The notes under the pieces are model-generated. The model did not search any database, was not told the DNA's origin, and saw only the letters and a list, made by a program, of their open reading frames with translations. The translations under genes were made by a program, and so were the position numbers. From the NCBI GenBank assembly GCA_963752285.1, contig CAVVXN010000005.1, positions 1,152,001 through 1,216,000 of the forward strand: 64,000 nucleotides of DNA, written 5' to 3'. Shown here piece after piece: positions 39,054 to 48,786 of this stretch (positions are counted from its first letter, which is position 1; the number at the start of each line of letters is the position of its first letter). The DNA is from an uncultured Planctomycetota bacterium. Lineage in GTDB: Bacteria; Planctomycetota; PLA2; JAEUHO01.

Positions 39054-39974
39054 TCAGCGCGGCTCCGCGAGCAAACGCCCCTCGGGGTCGAACACCCGGA
39101 CGGCGAAGTCGCGGCGCATGCGCTGGCGCCACCGCTCGAACTCCGGTCGCTCGAGCGGGTGCCGACGCAGGTCCTCCTCGAGGCGCGCGACGAGCTCGCC
39201 GCGGGTGCCGGTCCACGGCGCGGTCCGGCCGACGACCTCGTAGACGTGCCACGTCGTGCGGCCCTCTTCGTCCACCCGCAGCGGGCCCACGAGGTCTCCG
39301 TCCGCCGCGGCGAAGAGCCGAGCCTCGACGTCCGGCCACGCGAGATCCCCCCGCGCCACCGAAGGCAGGACGCCGCCGGACTTGCCGGTGGGGTCGATCG
39401 ACTCCTGGAGCGCGGTCAACGCGAAGTCGGCGCCCTGACGCAGCCGCGCGAGCACACGGTCCGCGCGGTCCCGGTCGCCGAGCACGATCACGCGGACGTC
39501 CAGGCGCGGCCGACGGCGCGTGTCGAGTCGGACGATCCGCATCAGGAGGAGCTGCCTGCGAAGTCGGGGCGCGAGGACGTCCCGTTTCCAGCCCTCCACC
39601 GTCGTCTCGTACGCGCGCCGGATCTCGGACGCGAGGTCCACGTCCTCGCCGAACGTCCGGTGGAGCTCGGCCTCGCGCGAAGCCGCCTCCTTCTCCACGG
39701 CTTCCCGCACCGCGTCTCCGGGGACCCGGATCCCCAGCCGATCGGCCTCGCGGACGACGATCGTCTCGTCCACCAGGTCGTCCACCGCGCGGAGCCAGCT
39801 CTCACGCTGGCGGCGGAAGAGGAACGCGGCCAGCTCCGCCGGGGTGACGGGCTGCCCCCCGACGACCGCGACCGCGGACGAGGGCCCCTCCCCCTTGGCC
39901 GCGCCCGGCGTGCCCGCGAGCCCCACGACGGCGACCAACACACCGGCCGCGCAGAGGGCGCGGGCGGCGTTCAC
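39054..39974 (-). CDS. Exported SurA/PrsA-like parvulin peptidyl-prolyl isomerase
   Basis: Signal peptide; AVAVVGGQPVT, LVDETIVVREA (SurA-N); GADFALTALQESIDP..KSGGVL (parvulin); GTG overlaps the upstream stop. Confidence 0.8.
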   Translation of the reverse strand: MNAARALCAAGVLVAVVGLAGTPGAAKGEGPSSAVAVVGGQPVTPAELAAFLFRRQRESWLRAVDDLVDETIVVREADRLGIRVPGDAVREAVEKEAASREAELHRTFGEDVDLASEIRRAYETTVEGWKRDVLAPRLRRQLLLMRIVRLDTRRRPRLDVRVIVLGDRDRADRVLARLRQGADFALTALQESIDPTGKSGGVLPSVARGDLAWPDVEARLFAAADGDLVGPLRVDEEGRTTWHVYEVVGRTAPWTGTRGELVARLEEDLRRHPLERPEFERWRQRMRRDFAVRVFDPEGRLLAEPR

Positions 39975-40561
39975 CGGCTGACCGCCTTGTTCCAGGCGGC
40001 CTTCGCCTTCTGGACGTCGCGGCTCGTGCAGTGCTCCGGGTTGAACATCCCGATGTCCGGGTCGTGTTCCGCGCCGCGGTACCACGTGTTCAGGATCTGG
40101 CTCACGAGGACGCGCGTCGTGACGTCGTCGTCTCCCAGGAGCTTGATCAGCTTGGTCTTGGCGAAGTACGCCCGCGGTTTGCGCCCGTTCGGCGCCTTCT
40201 CGGCGAGGTCGGGATCGGTGTTCCTCGCCCGGGACTCCATCAGCGCCTGCGCCGCCTTCTCCCGCAGGTCCTTCGGAGCGGTCTTGTCGGACACCATCTT
40301 GACGAGGTCCTCCGCCGTCACGCTGCCGCGCGCCTTGAACTCCTTCTCGCTGTACGACTTGTAGAGCTCGATCTCCCGGTATCGCTCGTCGCGGCGCGCG
40401 AGCTCGGCGACCTGGCCCAGCCGGAGGGCCGCCTCGTCGAGCGCCCGGGAGAGCGCATCCACGTCGGTCGGCTCGTCCGACGCCGACGGCCCACCGACGG
40501 CGGTCGTCGCCCCCACGAGGAAGACCAGGGCCAGGGGTAGCAGGAGGAGGCGGCGGGACAT
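39971..40561 (-). CDS. Exported hypothetical helical (HEAT-like) protein
   Basis: Signal peptide; SD GGAGG; LREKAAQAL and LLGDDDVTTR HEAT-like motifs. Confidence 0.7.
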   Translation of the reverse strand: MSRRLLLLPLALVFLVGATTAVGGPSASDEPTDVDALSRALDEAALRLGQVAELARRDERYREIELYKSYSEKEFKARGSVTAEDLVKMVSDKTAPKDLREKAAQALMESRARNTDPDLAEKAPNGRKPRAYFAKTKLIKLLGDDDVTTRVLVSQILNTWYRGAEHDPDIGMFNPEHCTSRDVQKAKAAWNKAVSR

Positions 40562-40680
40562 GGGAGGGACCTCCAGAGGCGTCCCATCCTATCGGCTCGG
40601 TCGCGCCCCGACGAGGCTCGCTGCGGTCGCAGGGCCCGCGGGCGGCGTCGGCGGGCGCGGTCGGCGCGGGCTCCCTCTCC

Positions 40681-42180
40681 TCAGCGGTACTTGACGATGA
40701 CGTCCTGCTGCGCGCCCCCGCACCGGGTGCAGAGGTATTCGACGGTCTCGCCGGTCTGGAACGTCTTGCTGAGCAGGCCCTCGCCGTGGCAGGTCGAGCA
40801 GGGCCGGAACTCGCGCTCACCCAGCTCGAACAGGTCGGAGTGCTCGATGAAGTACGCGAGGACCCAGTTGGAGCGCTCGTTGGGCTTGCTGGCCGCCCAC
40901 CATCCGTCCCGGGTCGGCGGCTTGGGGATGTCGATCGCGGGCGCGGCGCCCCCGCTCTTGCTCGAGGACTTGTGCGTGCCCCCGCCCCGGTTGCCCTTGC
41001 GCTGCGGCGGCTTGATCTTGGGCGGGTTCACGATGAACGTGCCCGCCCCGTAGCTCACGCGCGACCACGGCGCCTTGAAGCGCCCCTGGCGGCGCCCCTG
41101 CCAGAAGGTCTGGGCCTCGGCGGGCGTCACGTCCTCGTCGTAGCGCTTCATCTCGCGCTCGGCGAGACGGGCGAACGCGGCCTCCGGCAGCTTCTGGCGG
41201 GTCCACGAGGTGATGTCGTTGATCTGGACGTCCTTCTCGCGGACCTTGTCGTCGATCAGGTCGCCGACGATCTTCACGAAACGGCGTCCGGCGACGGTCT
41301 CGAAGTAGCTCGTCCGCTCCTGCTGGAGGTCCTTCTTCAGGTCCTCGAGCTTCTCCTTCACGGCGTCGCTGGCATCGGGGTGCTTCTCGCCGAAGCCGTC
41401 GAGGATCTCCTTCACGCGCTTGAAGAAGTGCATCTGCAGCTTCATCCGCGCGTCCTTCAGCGTTTCCAGCGCGGCCTGGTCCTGGAGCAGGCTCTCGATG
41501 CGGGCCAGGCGGTCCTTCGCGATGTCCTTGTTCAGGTACTCGTCGTCGGCCGCGCACGCCGCGTAGCTGTCGCGGGCCTCCTCCAGCGCGCCGGCCCACT
41601 CGGCGTACTGGGCGATGCGCCAGTGCTCGCGCGAGGTGAGGGCGCCCGGGTCGAGCCCCTTCTGCTCCATCTCCGACTTGAGCTGCTCCTTCATTCGCGT
41701 CATCAGCTGGTCGGGGCTCCAGATCTGGCGCGCGTCGAGCGGCTCTTCCTCGATGGTGAGGACCTTCCCCCGGGGGATCTCGACGATGTCGCCCCCGCGG
41801 CGGAGCTTGACCACCCGGTCGTCGCTCGACTCCACGAGCCCGAGCACCTCGTCGGTGTCGCCGCCGTCGAGCTGGATCGTGACCCGGTTCCCCGTCACGG
41901 GGCCCTGGTCGACGCTCTTGATCCCGATCTCCTCCTCGATCTTGTCGCGGTCTTCCGGATCGAGCGCATCCCACGCGAACGAGCGGTACGCGCCCGACAC
42001 GTAGTCCTCCACCGTGACCTGCTTCTCGTCGGTCCGCTCCTGGATCACACGGCCCTTGATCGCCTCGCCGGTCCGCAGGCGGATGACGTCGGCGCGTGCG
42101 AGGAGGGTGAGCGGCGCGAGCAGGAGGAACGCGCCGAGGAGGGGCAGGAGTGCGCGGCGCCGGTTCGAGCTCGGAGTCAT
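40681..42180 (-). CDS. Exported protein with C-terminal CxxCxGxG...CxxCxG motif
   Basis: Signal peptide ending ARA-D; DVIRLRTGEAIKG module; TPR-like helices; CSTCHGEG and CTRCGG. Confidence 0.8.
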   Translation of the reverse strand: MTPSSNRRRALLPLLGAFLLLAPLTLLARADVIRLRTGEAIKGRVIQERTDEKQVTVEDYVSGAYRSFAWDALDPEDRDKIEEEIGIKSVDQGPVTGNRVTIQLDGGDTDEVLGLVESSDDRVVKLRRGGDIVEIPRGKVLTIEEEPLDARQIWSPDQLMTRMKEQLKSEMEQKGLDPGALTSREHWRIAQYAEWAGALEEARDSYAACAADDEYLNKDIAKDRLARIESLLQDQAALETLKDARMKLQMHFFKRVKEILDGFGEKHPDASDAVKEKLEDLKKDLQQERTSYFETVAGRRFVKIVGDLIDDKVREKDVQINDITSWTRQKLPEAAFARLAEREMKRYDEDVTPAEAQTFWQGRRQGRFKAPWSRVSYGAGTFIVNPPKIKPPQRKGNRGGGTHKSSSKSGGAAPAIDIPKPPTRDGWWAASKPNERSNWVLAYFIEHSDLFELGEREFRPCSTCHGEGLLSKTFQTGETVEYLCTRCGGAQQDVIVKYR

Positions 42181-42223
42181 CGGGTCTTCCTTCCGGAGCG
42201 GGACGGGACGGGACGGGGCGCCG

Positions 42224-42637
42224 TCACGGCGACCCGCCCGACTGGGGATCGAACGTGGACCGGGTCAGCGGCAGCGGGACGAGCGCGCGCACGGCGGTGC
42301 CCTGGTACTTGATCGTCGCGAGCGCCACGATGCGGTCGCCACCGAACGGGCTCGGTACGAAGTCCGCGTCGAGGGTGAAGTCGGGTTGCGACAGGGGGAG
42401 GTCGCGGATCTTCGGAGGGACGCCGCCGGGCTTCAGCGCGTCGAACGCGTCCTGCAGCCGGACGTACGCCTCGCGGCGGACCTGCTGGAGCCGCGCCTCG
42501 ACCTTGCGGTCCACGAGCTCCCGGGTCCCCATCGCGAAGAGCGACAGGATGGCGACCGCGCCCACGAGGAGCATGCCCAGCGCGAGCAGCACCTCGAGGA
42601 ACGTGAAACCGGCCGTGGTCCGTCGCGCGAAGGTCAT
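42224..42637 (-). CDS. Prepilin-type minor pilin/pseudopilin (GspI/PilV-like)
   Basis: Class III signal G|FTFLE plus hydrophobic helix; 137 aa; ATGA overlap with the upstream gene. Confidence 0.85.
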   Translation of the reverse strand: MTFARRTTAGFTFLEVLLALGMLLVGAVAILSLFAMGTRELVDRKVEARLQQVRREAYVRLQDAFDALKPGGVPPKIRDLPLSQPDFTLDADFVPSPFGGDRIVALATIKYQGTAVRALVPLPLTRSTFDPQSGGSP

Positions 42638-43893
42638 CGGCTCGCTCCGCGCGCGAAGCGGTCGTGGAAGAGCAGCTTGACCGTCGCGCTCGTCGAGAGA
42701 CCCACGTACACCTGGCTCGCCGCGTCGTGGTCCATCGCGGGGGTGCCGCGCTGCCCGCGCTCCACCGGGATCTTCCCGAGCGCGAGGTCCACGCGAAGCG
42801 GCCGGTACCGCATCCACTCGCCGTCTACCTTCAGCCATCGCTCGTCCGGACCGGGCCCGACGAGCGGGAGGGCGTCCTCGACCGTGATCGCGGTCGCGTC
42901 GCGCGCGATGTCGTCCACCAGGGCCGTGTCGCCGCGTCCGAGGCCGAGCGCCGTGGGCGCCACGAGCGTCGTCTCGAGGCGCACCCAGGCGGGGAACACG
43001 TCGTCGCTCGGGTCGCCGAGGCTCTCGGGCCCCGCGAAGAGCGGGAACTGGCGGTCGAGTCCGCGCGTGCTGTCCCAGATCGGCCCGACGTACGCCTCGG
43101 TCTCGCGCACCGGCCCACTCGTCGGCTCCCAGCTCCGGGCGAACACCCGGCGCCACGTCGCGCCGAGGTAGAGGACGCCCGTCGCGACCGCCGAGCACCG
43201 CTCGTGGATCTGCTCGCGCGAGTCCAGGTTCTTCGGGTCGAGCAGCGACCTCGGCCCGCCTACCGGCGAGCGCCAGCCGCGGTACACCGTGAGGAGCCCG
43301 GGGAACCGCTCGTCCTCGGGGACGGCCACGTAGCAAATCTCGCGGAGCCCGCCGGTCGGCCGGAACGCGGTGTCGAGCGTCGCCTTGTCGAGCTCGGCCG
43401 GCTCCAGGTCCTTCAGGTCCGGCCCCGAACGCTCCCCCGCGCGGCGGATCCACGGGTCGCTGCGGTCCTCGCTGATGTCCGTGGTCCAGGCCATGTACCA
43501 GGCGGGAAGGCTCTTCAGCGGGCCCTCCGGGACGTCGCGGAGCGTGATCCAGCAAGCCCGAAGGCGGACGTCTTCGGGTGGGGGCGGCGGGCGGTCGTGC
43601 CCCTGGAGCTTCTCCTCCTCGGTCGGCGGCGGGGGCGGCGGGTCGAAGGACGCTGGGATCGCGAGCCCCTCGAAGTCGCGCACGATGCGCGGGAGCATCG
43701 TCTCGGTCCGGTCCTGCAGCGACGACTCCGTCGTGCCGGTCGCGAAGATGCCGAGCCCCTGCCGCATCATGTAGACGACGAACGTGCCGAGGATCGAGAA
43801 CACGCTGATCGCGAGCAAGAGCTCCACCATCGTGAAGCCGCGCCGGGACGCGGCGCCCCGGGCGCTGGCGACGCGCAGCACGGGCCCGGTCAC
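42634..43893 (-). CDS. Prepilin-type minor pilin/pseudopilin (GspJ/PilW-like), 419 aa
   Basis: G|FTMVELLLAISVFSILG; FPAWVRLETTL; C-terminal beta module ending RGQRGT...H. Confidence 0.85.
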   Translation of the reverse strand: MTGPVLRVASARGAASRRGFTMVELLLAISVFSILGTFVVYMMRQGLGIFATGTTESSLQDRTETMLPRIVRDFEGLAIPASFDPPPPPPTEEEKLQGHDRPPPPPEDVRLRACWITLRDVPEGPLKSLPAWYMAWTTDISEDRSDPWIRRAGERSGPDLKDLEPAELDKATLDTAFRPTGGLREICYVAVPEDERFPGLLTVYRGWRSPVGGPRSLLDPKNLDSREQIHERCSAVATGVLYLGATWRRVFARSWEPTSGPVRETEAYVGPIWDSTRGLDRQFPLFAGPESLGDPSDDVFPAWVRLETTLVAPTALGLGRGDTALVDDIARDATAITVEDALPLVGPGPDERWLKVDGEWMRYRPLRVDLALGKIPVERGQRGTPAMDHDAASQVYVGLSTSATVKLLFHDRFARGASR

Positions 43894-45110
43894 GGCGCAC
43901 CTCCCGTCGGGGGTCCCTGGACCATGCGCTCCTCCACGGTCCCGTAGAGGCCGAGTCTCAGCTCGATCACCGACCCCTCCACCTTGCCGCCCATCTCCTG
44001 GAAGAGCAGCACGACGTCGCTCGCGTGCACGTCGGGGTCGAGCCGACCGTTCCGGTACGTGACGCGGACCGGCGCCTTCGGCCGGAGGAGCGCCACACCG
44101 TCCACGAGGCGCTCCATCTCGGCGGCACGGAACACGCCCGAGAGCACGAACTCGTCCATGCGTCCGTTGAAGGGCGTCGCTCCGTCCGAGATCGACAGCG
44201 GCGCGGCGCCCGACTCGGGGACCGTGATGCGCTTCACGGGCGCGCTGGCGAGCTCTTCGGTCCCCTGCGGCCGCTTCCGGGCCATCTGGTAGCGCTCGAG
44301 CCCGTCCACGCGCATCGACACCTCGCTGCCGTCGAAGGTGACCGCGAGGTGCGTCCACGTCGTCCCGTCCGCCCGGATCGGCGAGCCCTTCGTCGAGAAC
44401 TCCTCCAGCACGCCGGGCGAGGGCCGATCCGAGACCGGTTCGAGCTGCATCTTGAGACGCACGTCGTATGCGGCGTCGTTTCCGTTGCGCACGAGATCGA
44501 GCGCCCAGGCGCCCTCGGCCTTCGCGATCGTCATGACCGGACCGCCCGCGTCCACGGCCAGCCAGACGGAGAGGCCGAGCCCCTCCGTCATCGCGAAGCT
44601 CGACTGCGGCTCGAAGAGGATGCTCGCGTTCCTCGTGAACCGCGCCGCCTGTCCGGTGTAGCCGTCCGGCACGATCTCCACGCCGGTGCTCGACCGGACG
44701 GGGTAGTCGCCGCTCGCGCCGTCGAGGCGCTCGAAGTTGTCGGTGAGGACGGGCGCGTTGACGGCCGCGCCGATCACGAGGCTCCCGTCGCGCGACCGCG
44801 TCCGGAGGTTCCAGATCGCACGCACGCCGCCGTTGCTGCTCTGGATGCAGGCGTACGCCGTCTCGCGGAGGATCGCCAGGGACTGCGCCGCGCGCGAGGC
44901 GTGGCCGGTGTTGGTCAGGAAGCCGACCCCGATCCCCATGATCATGCCCATGATCGCCATCACGAGCATCACCTCGAGGAGGGTGAACCCACGCGGGCGA
45001 GGCGAGCCCGCCGCGCGCCGACGACGGCGGGCGGCGCCGGGACCGGGGCCCCGGCGTGCGCGGGTCCGCACGACCGACGACGGCTCGGGGGTCGGGCGGG
45101 CTAGTCCCAC
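43890..45110 (-). CDS. Prepilin-type minor pilin (GspH/FimT-like) with LamG/concanavalin-like domain
   Basis: G|FTLLEVMLVMAIMG; LamG motifs LSVWL...WTHLAVTFDG...VDG...FNGRMDEF. Confidence 0.85.
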   Translation of the reverse strand: MGLARPTPEPSSVVRTRARRGPGPGAARRRRRAAGSPRPRGFTLLEVMLVMAIMGMIMGIGVGFLTNTGHASRAAQSLAILRETAYACIQSSNGGVRAIWNLRTRSRDGSLVIGAAVNAPVLTDNFERLDGASGDYPVRSSTGVEIVPDGYTGQAARFTRNASILFEPQSSFAMTEGLGLSVWLAVDAGGPVMTIAKAEGAWALDLVRNGNDAAYDVRLKMQLEPVSDRPSPGVLEEFSTKGSPIRADGTTWTHLAVTFDGSEVSMRVDGLERYQMARKRPQGTEELASAPVKRITVPESGAAPLSISDGATPFNGRMDEFVLSGVFRAAEMERLVDGVALLRPKAPVRVTYRNGRLDPDVHASDVVLLFQEMGGKVEGSVIELRLGLYGTVEERMVQGPPTGGAP

Positions 45111-45760
45111 GACTTGACGTCGTCCTGCGTGTTCGGGATGCCGTCCGGGCCCGCGCTGAAGATCTGGAAGCTATCGGGCTGCGCGAAGCCGGTCCGACCC
45201 TCCGCCTCGTACTTCCAGGGCTTCGGGGTCATCTCCTCGCCGCTCGCGGTCGTGTACGAGGGCGGGCTCTCGGTGGCGCGGGCGTACTCGGTGTGGGGGA
45301 AGTAGAAGAGCGGGTTGCCCCAGCCGTCCACGATCTCCCAGAGCTTCTTCCCCTGGCTCGTCACGGCCTCGGAGAGCTCGTCGTCGTCGGTGTTCACGAG
45401 GTCCTTGTCGCCCAGGTCCACCTTCACGCCCGCCGTCTCCCAGTAGAGCGCCTGGAAGAGGGACTCGATCCCCTCGTTGCTCGAGTTGGGGAGCGCCTTG
45501 ATCGACTTCGTGCCCCCGGCGCCGCTCTGGATGCGTCGGGCGTCGATCGGCGGGTAGCGCCCGAACCGCTGGTAGTACGCGTTCGTGGCGACGGAGAGCT
45601 TCCGGATGCGCGTCTCCGTCTCGAGCTGGGGCCGCTTCCTCGACCAGAGGGAGAGACCGACGAACGCGAGCCCCGCGAGCACGGAGAGGATGCCCATCAC
45701 CACGAGCACCTCGATGAACGTGAAGCCCCGCTCTCCTCGAGCCGGTCTCGTCGCTCGCAT
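45101..45760 (-). CDS. GspG-like major pseudopilin/pilin
   Basis: G|FTFIEVLVVMGIL; YYQRFGRYPP; DGWGNPLFY; FSAGPDGIPNTQDDVKSW. Confidence 0.88.
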   Translation of the reverse strand: MRATRPARGERGFTFIEVLVVMGILSVLAGLAFVGLSLWSRKRPQLETETRIRKLSVATNAYYQRFGRYPPIDARRIQSGAGGTKSIKALPNSSNEGIESLFQALYWETAGVKVDLGDKDLVNTDDDELSEAVTSQGKKLWEIVDGWGNPLFYFPHTEYARATESPPSYTTASGEEMTPKPWKYEAEGRTGFAQPDSFQIFSAGPDGIPNTQDDVKSWD

Positions 45761-45789
45761 GTCGGACCTCCCGACTCCCGGGCGGGGAG

Positions 45790-48786
45790 TCACTTTCGTC
45801 TCACGATGCGGATCTCGCCCACCTCGATCTTGAACGCCTGGGCCTGCGTGGACCAGCCGAGGATCGCGAGGCGCGCCTTGCCACGACCGCGGCCCTTGAA
45901 CACGCCGATGGTGTCCTCGGCGATCTTCATCCCCTCGAGCCCGTCGTCGAGGTTCGTGTCGAGGTACACGGCCAGCTTGCCGGCGTCCGCGTCCTCCCGG
46001 GTGATCCGGATCTCGACCCAGCCGTCGCTCGGCCACGCCGTCTCGGGCGAGACCCTGAGCATCTCGCCGCTCTTGTACGTGTCGTCGCGACCGCCCGCGA
46101 TGCGCACGGCGAGCTTGCCCCGGTCGTAGAAGATCCCGATCCCGGGGGGGAGCCCGCCGGTGCGCGCGCCGCCGCCGCCGGCCCGGTCGATCTCCACGCC
46201 GAACGTCACCAGGTTCATGCTCGCGCCGCGATCGTCGCGGAGCGGGATCCGCACGCGGACCCGGACGTCCTCCATGGTGCCGACCGTCATCAGGTCGTCG
46301 GCGCCGAACACGGCGACCGTGGGGTCGTCGTAGGTCCCGTCGTCCTTGGCGACGCCCTCGATCTCGACCTTCTCGTCCTCGACCCGCGCCCTGACGCCAT
46401 GGGACTCGGCCTGCTCCCACCCCGCGGGGAGGCTCGTTCCGTCGAACGTGACGACCTTCTCCTCGAGGCTCCGCCAGTGCTTGACGGCCTCCAGCGTGTC
46501 GGACGCGTAGTCCCGCCAGGGGCGCCACTCGCCCTCGTCGCCCTCGGGCACCTTGTCCTTCACGAGCTGGAAGTGCCGGATGCAGTCGTCGTACTCGCCG
46601 ATCTGATAGTCGCAGTACGCCCGGAGGGCGAGGGCGCCCGGCTGCTCGGCGTCGATCTTCTGGAGGACGTGGTCCGCCACCGCGCCCGCGGCGGTGAACC
46701 GGTGGCGCGCCGGCTGCCGCGCGTCGTGGAGCTTGATCCAGCACTCGCGCAGCTCCGAGCGGAAGGCCTTCGGGTCGCGCTTCGCCTCGGTGCTCGAGGC
46801 GCGCTCCGCGAACGCCACGGCCGCGTCGAAGTCCTTCGAGGTCTCCTCGAGGGGGGTCCCGGCCGCGAGGGCCTGGATCGCCACGTCGAGCCGGCTGCGC
46901 GCGAGCCACCCGTCGAGCTCGGGATAGACCTGCGCCTCCCCCAGCGCCCGACCGAACGAACGCACCGCGACGGCGGTGTTGCCGTCGCGCTGGGCCACCC
47001 AGCCCGCCAGGTAGTCGTGGTACGCGACACCGGGGGCCTCCTCCTTCGCGCGCTGCAGAGAGGCCAGCAGCTCCCCCGCGTTGCCGGTGGCCAGCGCGAT
47101 CAGCGCGAAGCCGAACGCCGGAGACACGCTCTCGTCGGCGAAGCGCCGCGGCGCCGCGCCGAAGCTCAGCGCGCGCTCCGCCGCCGTGAACGCGGCCCGC
47201 GCCGCGCCGCCCTGCCCCATCCGCCAACAGGCGAGGCCGAGGTCGTAGAGCGCCTGGGCGCGGTAGGTGAGCGCCTCCTCTCCGGTCGAAGTGGCGGCCC
47301 CGAGGAACGCGTCGCGGGCGGCCTGGAGGTCGCCCTTCGCGTACGAGATCGCGCCCTTCACGAGGAGTGCACGCGGCGAGGTCCCCGCGGAGGCCGCACC
47401 TTCGAACGCGGAGCCCGCGCCGGCCAGGTCGCCCAGCCGCAGCAGGGCCTCGGCGGTACGCACCTGGGCCCGCGGGTCGGGCGCGGCCTGCCGGTAGGCG
47501 GCGACCGCCTCGTCGTGCCGCCCGAGCGCCGCGAGCGCGTCCCCGAGCCCGATGCTCGCGTCCGCGTTCCGTCCGCGGTCGAGCGCCGCGCGGAAGTAGG
47601 GCACGGCCTCGGCGGGCAGCGACAGGCGATCGAGGTAGAGCTGCCCGAGCCAGAGCCACGGCTCGGGCCGGGTGGGAGACACCCGCGCGTACTCGGAGAG
47701 GGTGTGGAGCACCGCCTCCTCGTCCTGGAGCGCCGAGTACGCGTGCACGAGCTCCAGCAGGATGTCGGCGCGAAGCGCCGGGACGCCGCGCTCGCGGGCC
47801 ACCGTGAGCGCGCGTTCGAGGAGGTCCACGGCCCGCCGCCAGCCGGCGCGGTCTTCCTTGCCCGTCTTCCCGGTCGCCGCCATCTCCTCGGCGGCCTGCC
47901 GGAGCGCGGAGATATCGGTGGACTGCGAGAGGTCGGCCGAGAGGCCGTGTCGCCTGAGGGCTTCGGCGTACAGGTTGTCCACCGTGGAGCGGAGCACCCA
48001 CTCGTCGAAGCGCTTCGCCGACGACGTGGACACGTTCTCGCGGCGCTTCTTGATCACGTCGGTCGGAGTCAGCGCCTTCGACGCCGTCTCCTCGCCGCCG
48101 ACGAGCGCCCACTCCACCTCGAGGTCCTCCCACCCGGGCGCGTGCCGCGCCAGCTCCCACTTGAGCGGCTGGAAGTGCGCGTCGTCCTCGCGATAGAGCG
48201 TGCCGCCGTCCTTGATGCCCTTGATGTAGACGTAGACCTTGCGCCCGCTGCTGTCGACGGCGATGTCGTACACGTCCGCGGCCACGGGCTGGTAGTCCTG
48301 GAAGTGCGGGTCCTGGATCTCGGGGATCGACGATCCGTCGTCCACCTTGAGCTCGGGGAGCGGACCGCGGAGCAGGTACCGCGCGCCGGGCGCCGGACCC
48401 GGGATCGTGGGTGGCAGCGAGAAGGAGAGCGGCAGCCACGGCGGGTCGTCCAGCGTCACCGGCGGCAGGCCGTGCGTGTCGGAGTGCTTCTGGAAGGGGT
48501 TCCGCGCGTCCGGCCCGAGCCCGAGCGACGGACGCGCCAGCGGGTCACCCGACGGGTCGAGGATCTGCGACGCGACGACGCGGTCGGTCGAGGCGGAAGC
48601 GTGTCCGCTCCCCACCTTCTCGGGCGTGCACTGCCAGAGCGTGAAGAGGAAGAGGACGCCCGAGAAGAGGAGGAGCGCCTTCTCCTTCCCGAGGCTCTTG
48701 TCGAGGACGACGGTCGCCGCGATCGCGAGGAGCCCCGCGAAGAGGAAGCCGACGAACGTCAGGAACGCACCGGCGAGCACGATCAT
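45790..48786 (-). CDS. Large membrane-anchored TPR protein (998 aa) in the pilP position
   Basis: Two N-terminal TMs, RNPF motif, many TPRs, C-terminal beta-rich domain; ATGA overlap with the pilO-like gene. Confidence 0.75.
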   Translation of the reverse strand: MIVLAGAFLTFVGFLFAGLLAIAATVVLDKSLGKEKALLLFSGVLFLFTLWQCTPEKVGSGHASASTDRVVASQILDPSGDPLARPSLGLGPDARNPFQKHSDTHGLPPVTLDDPPWLPLSFSLPPTIPGPAPGARYLLRGPLPELKVDDGSSIPEIQDPHFQDYQPVAADVYDIAVDSSGRKVYVYIKGIKDGGTLYREDDAHFQPLKWELARHAPGWEDLEVEWALVGGEETASKALTPTDVIKKRRENVSTSSAKRFDEWVLRSTVDNLYAEALRRHGLSADLSQSTDISALRQAAEEMAATGKTGKEDRAGWRRAVDLLERALTVARERGVPALRADILLELVHAYSALQDEEAVLHTLSEYARVSPTRPEPWLWLGQLYLDRLSLPAEAVPYFRAALDRGRNADASIGLGDALAALGRHDEAVAAYRQAAPDPRAQVRTAEALLRLGDLAGAGSAFEGAASAGTSPRALLVKGAISYAKGDLQAARDAFLGAATSTGEEALTYRAQALYDLGLACWRMGQGGAARAAFTAAERALSFGAAPRRFADESVSPAFGFALIALATGNAGELLASLQRAKEEAPGVAYHDYLAGWVAQRDGNTAVAVRSFGRALGEAQVYPELDGWLARSRLDVAIQALAAGTPLEETSKDFDAAVAFAERASSTEAKRDPKAFRSELRECWIKLHDARQPARHRFTAAGAVADHVLQKIDAEQPGALALRAYCDYQIGEYDDCIRHFQLVKDKVPEGDEGEWRPWRDYASDTLEAVKHWRSLEEKVVTFDGTSLPAGWEQAESHGVRARVEDEKVEIEGVAKDDGTYDDPTVAVFGADDLMTVGTMEDVRVRVRIPLRDDRGASMNLVTFGVEIDRAGGGGARTGGLPPGIGIFYDRGKLAVRIAGGRDDTYKSGEMLRVSPETAWPSDGWVEIRITREDADAGKLAVYLDTNLDDGLEGMKIAEDTIGVFKGRGRGKARLAILGWSTQAQAFKIEVGEIRIVRRK

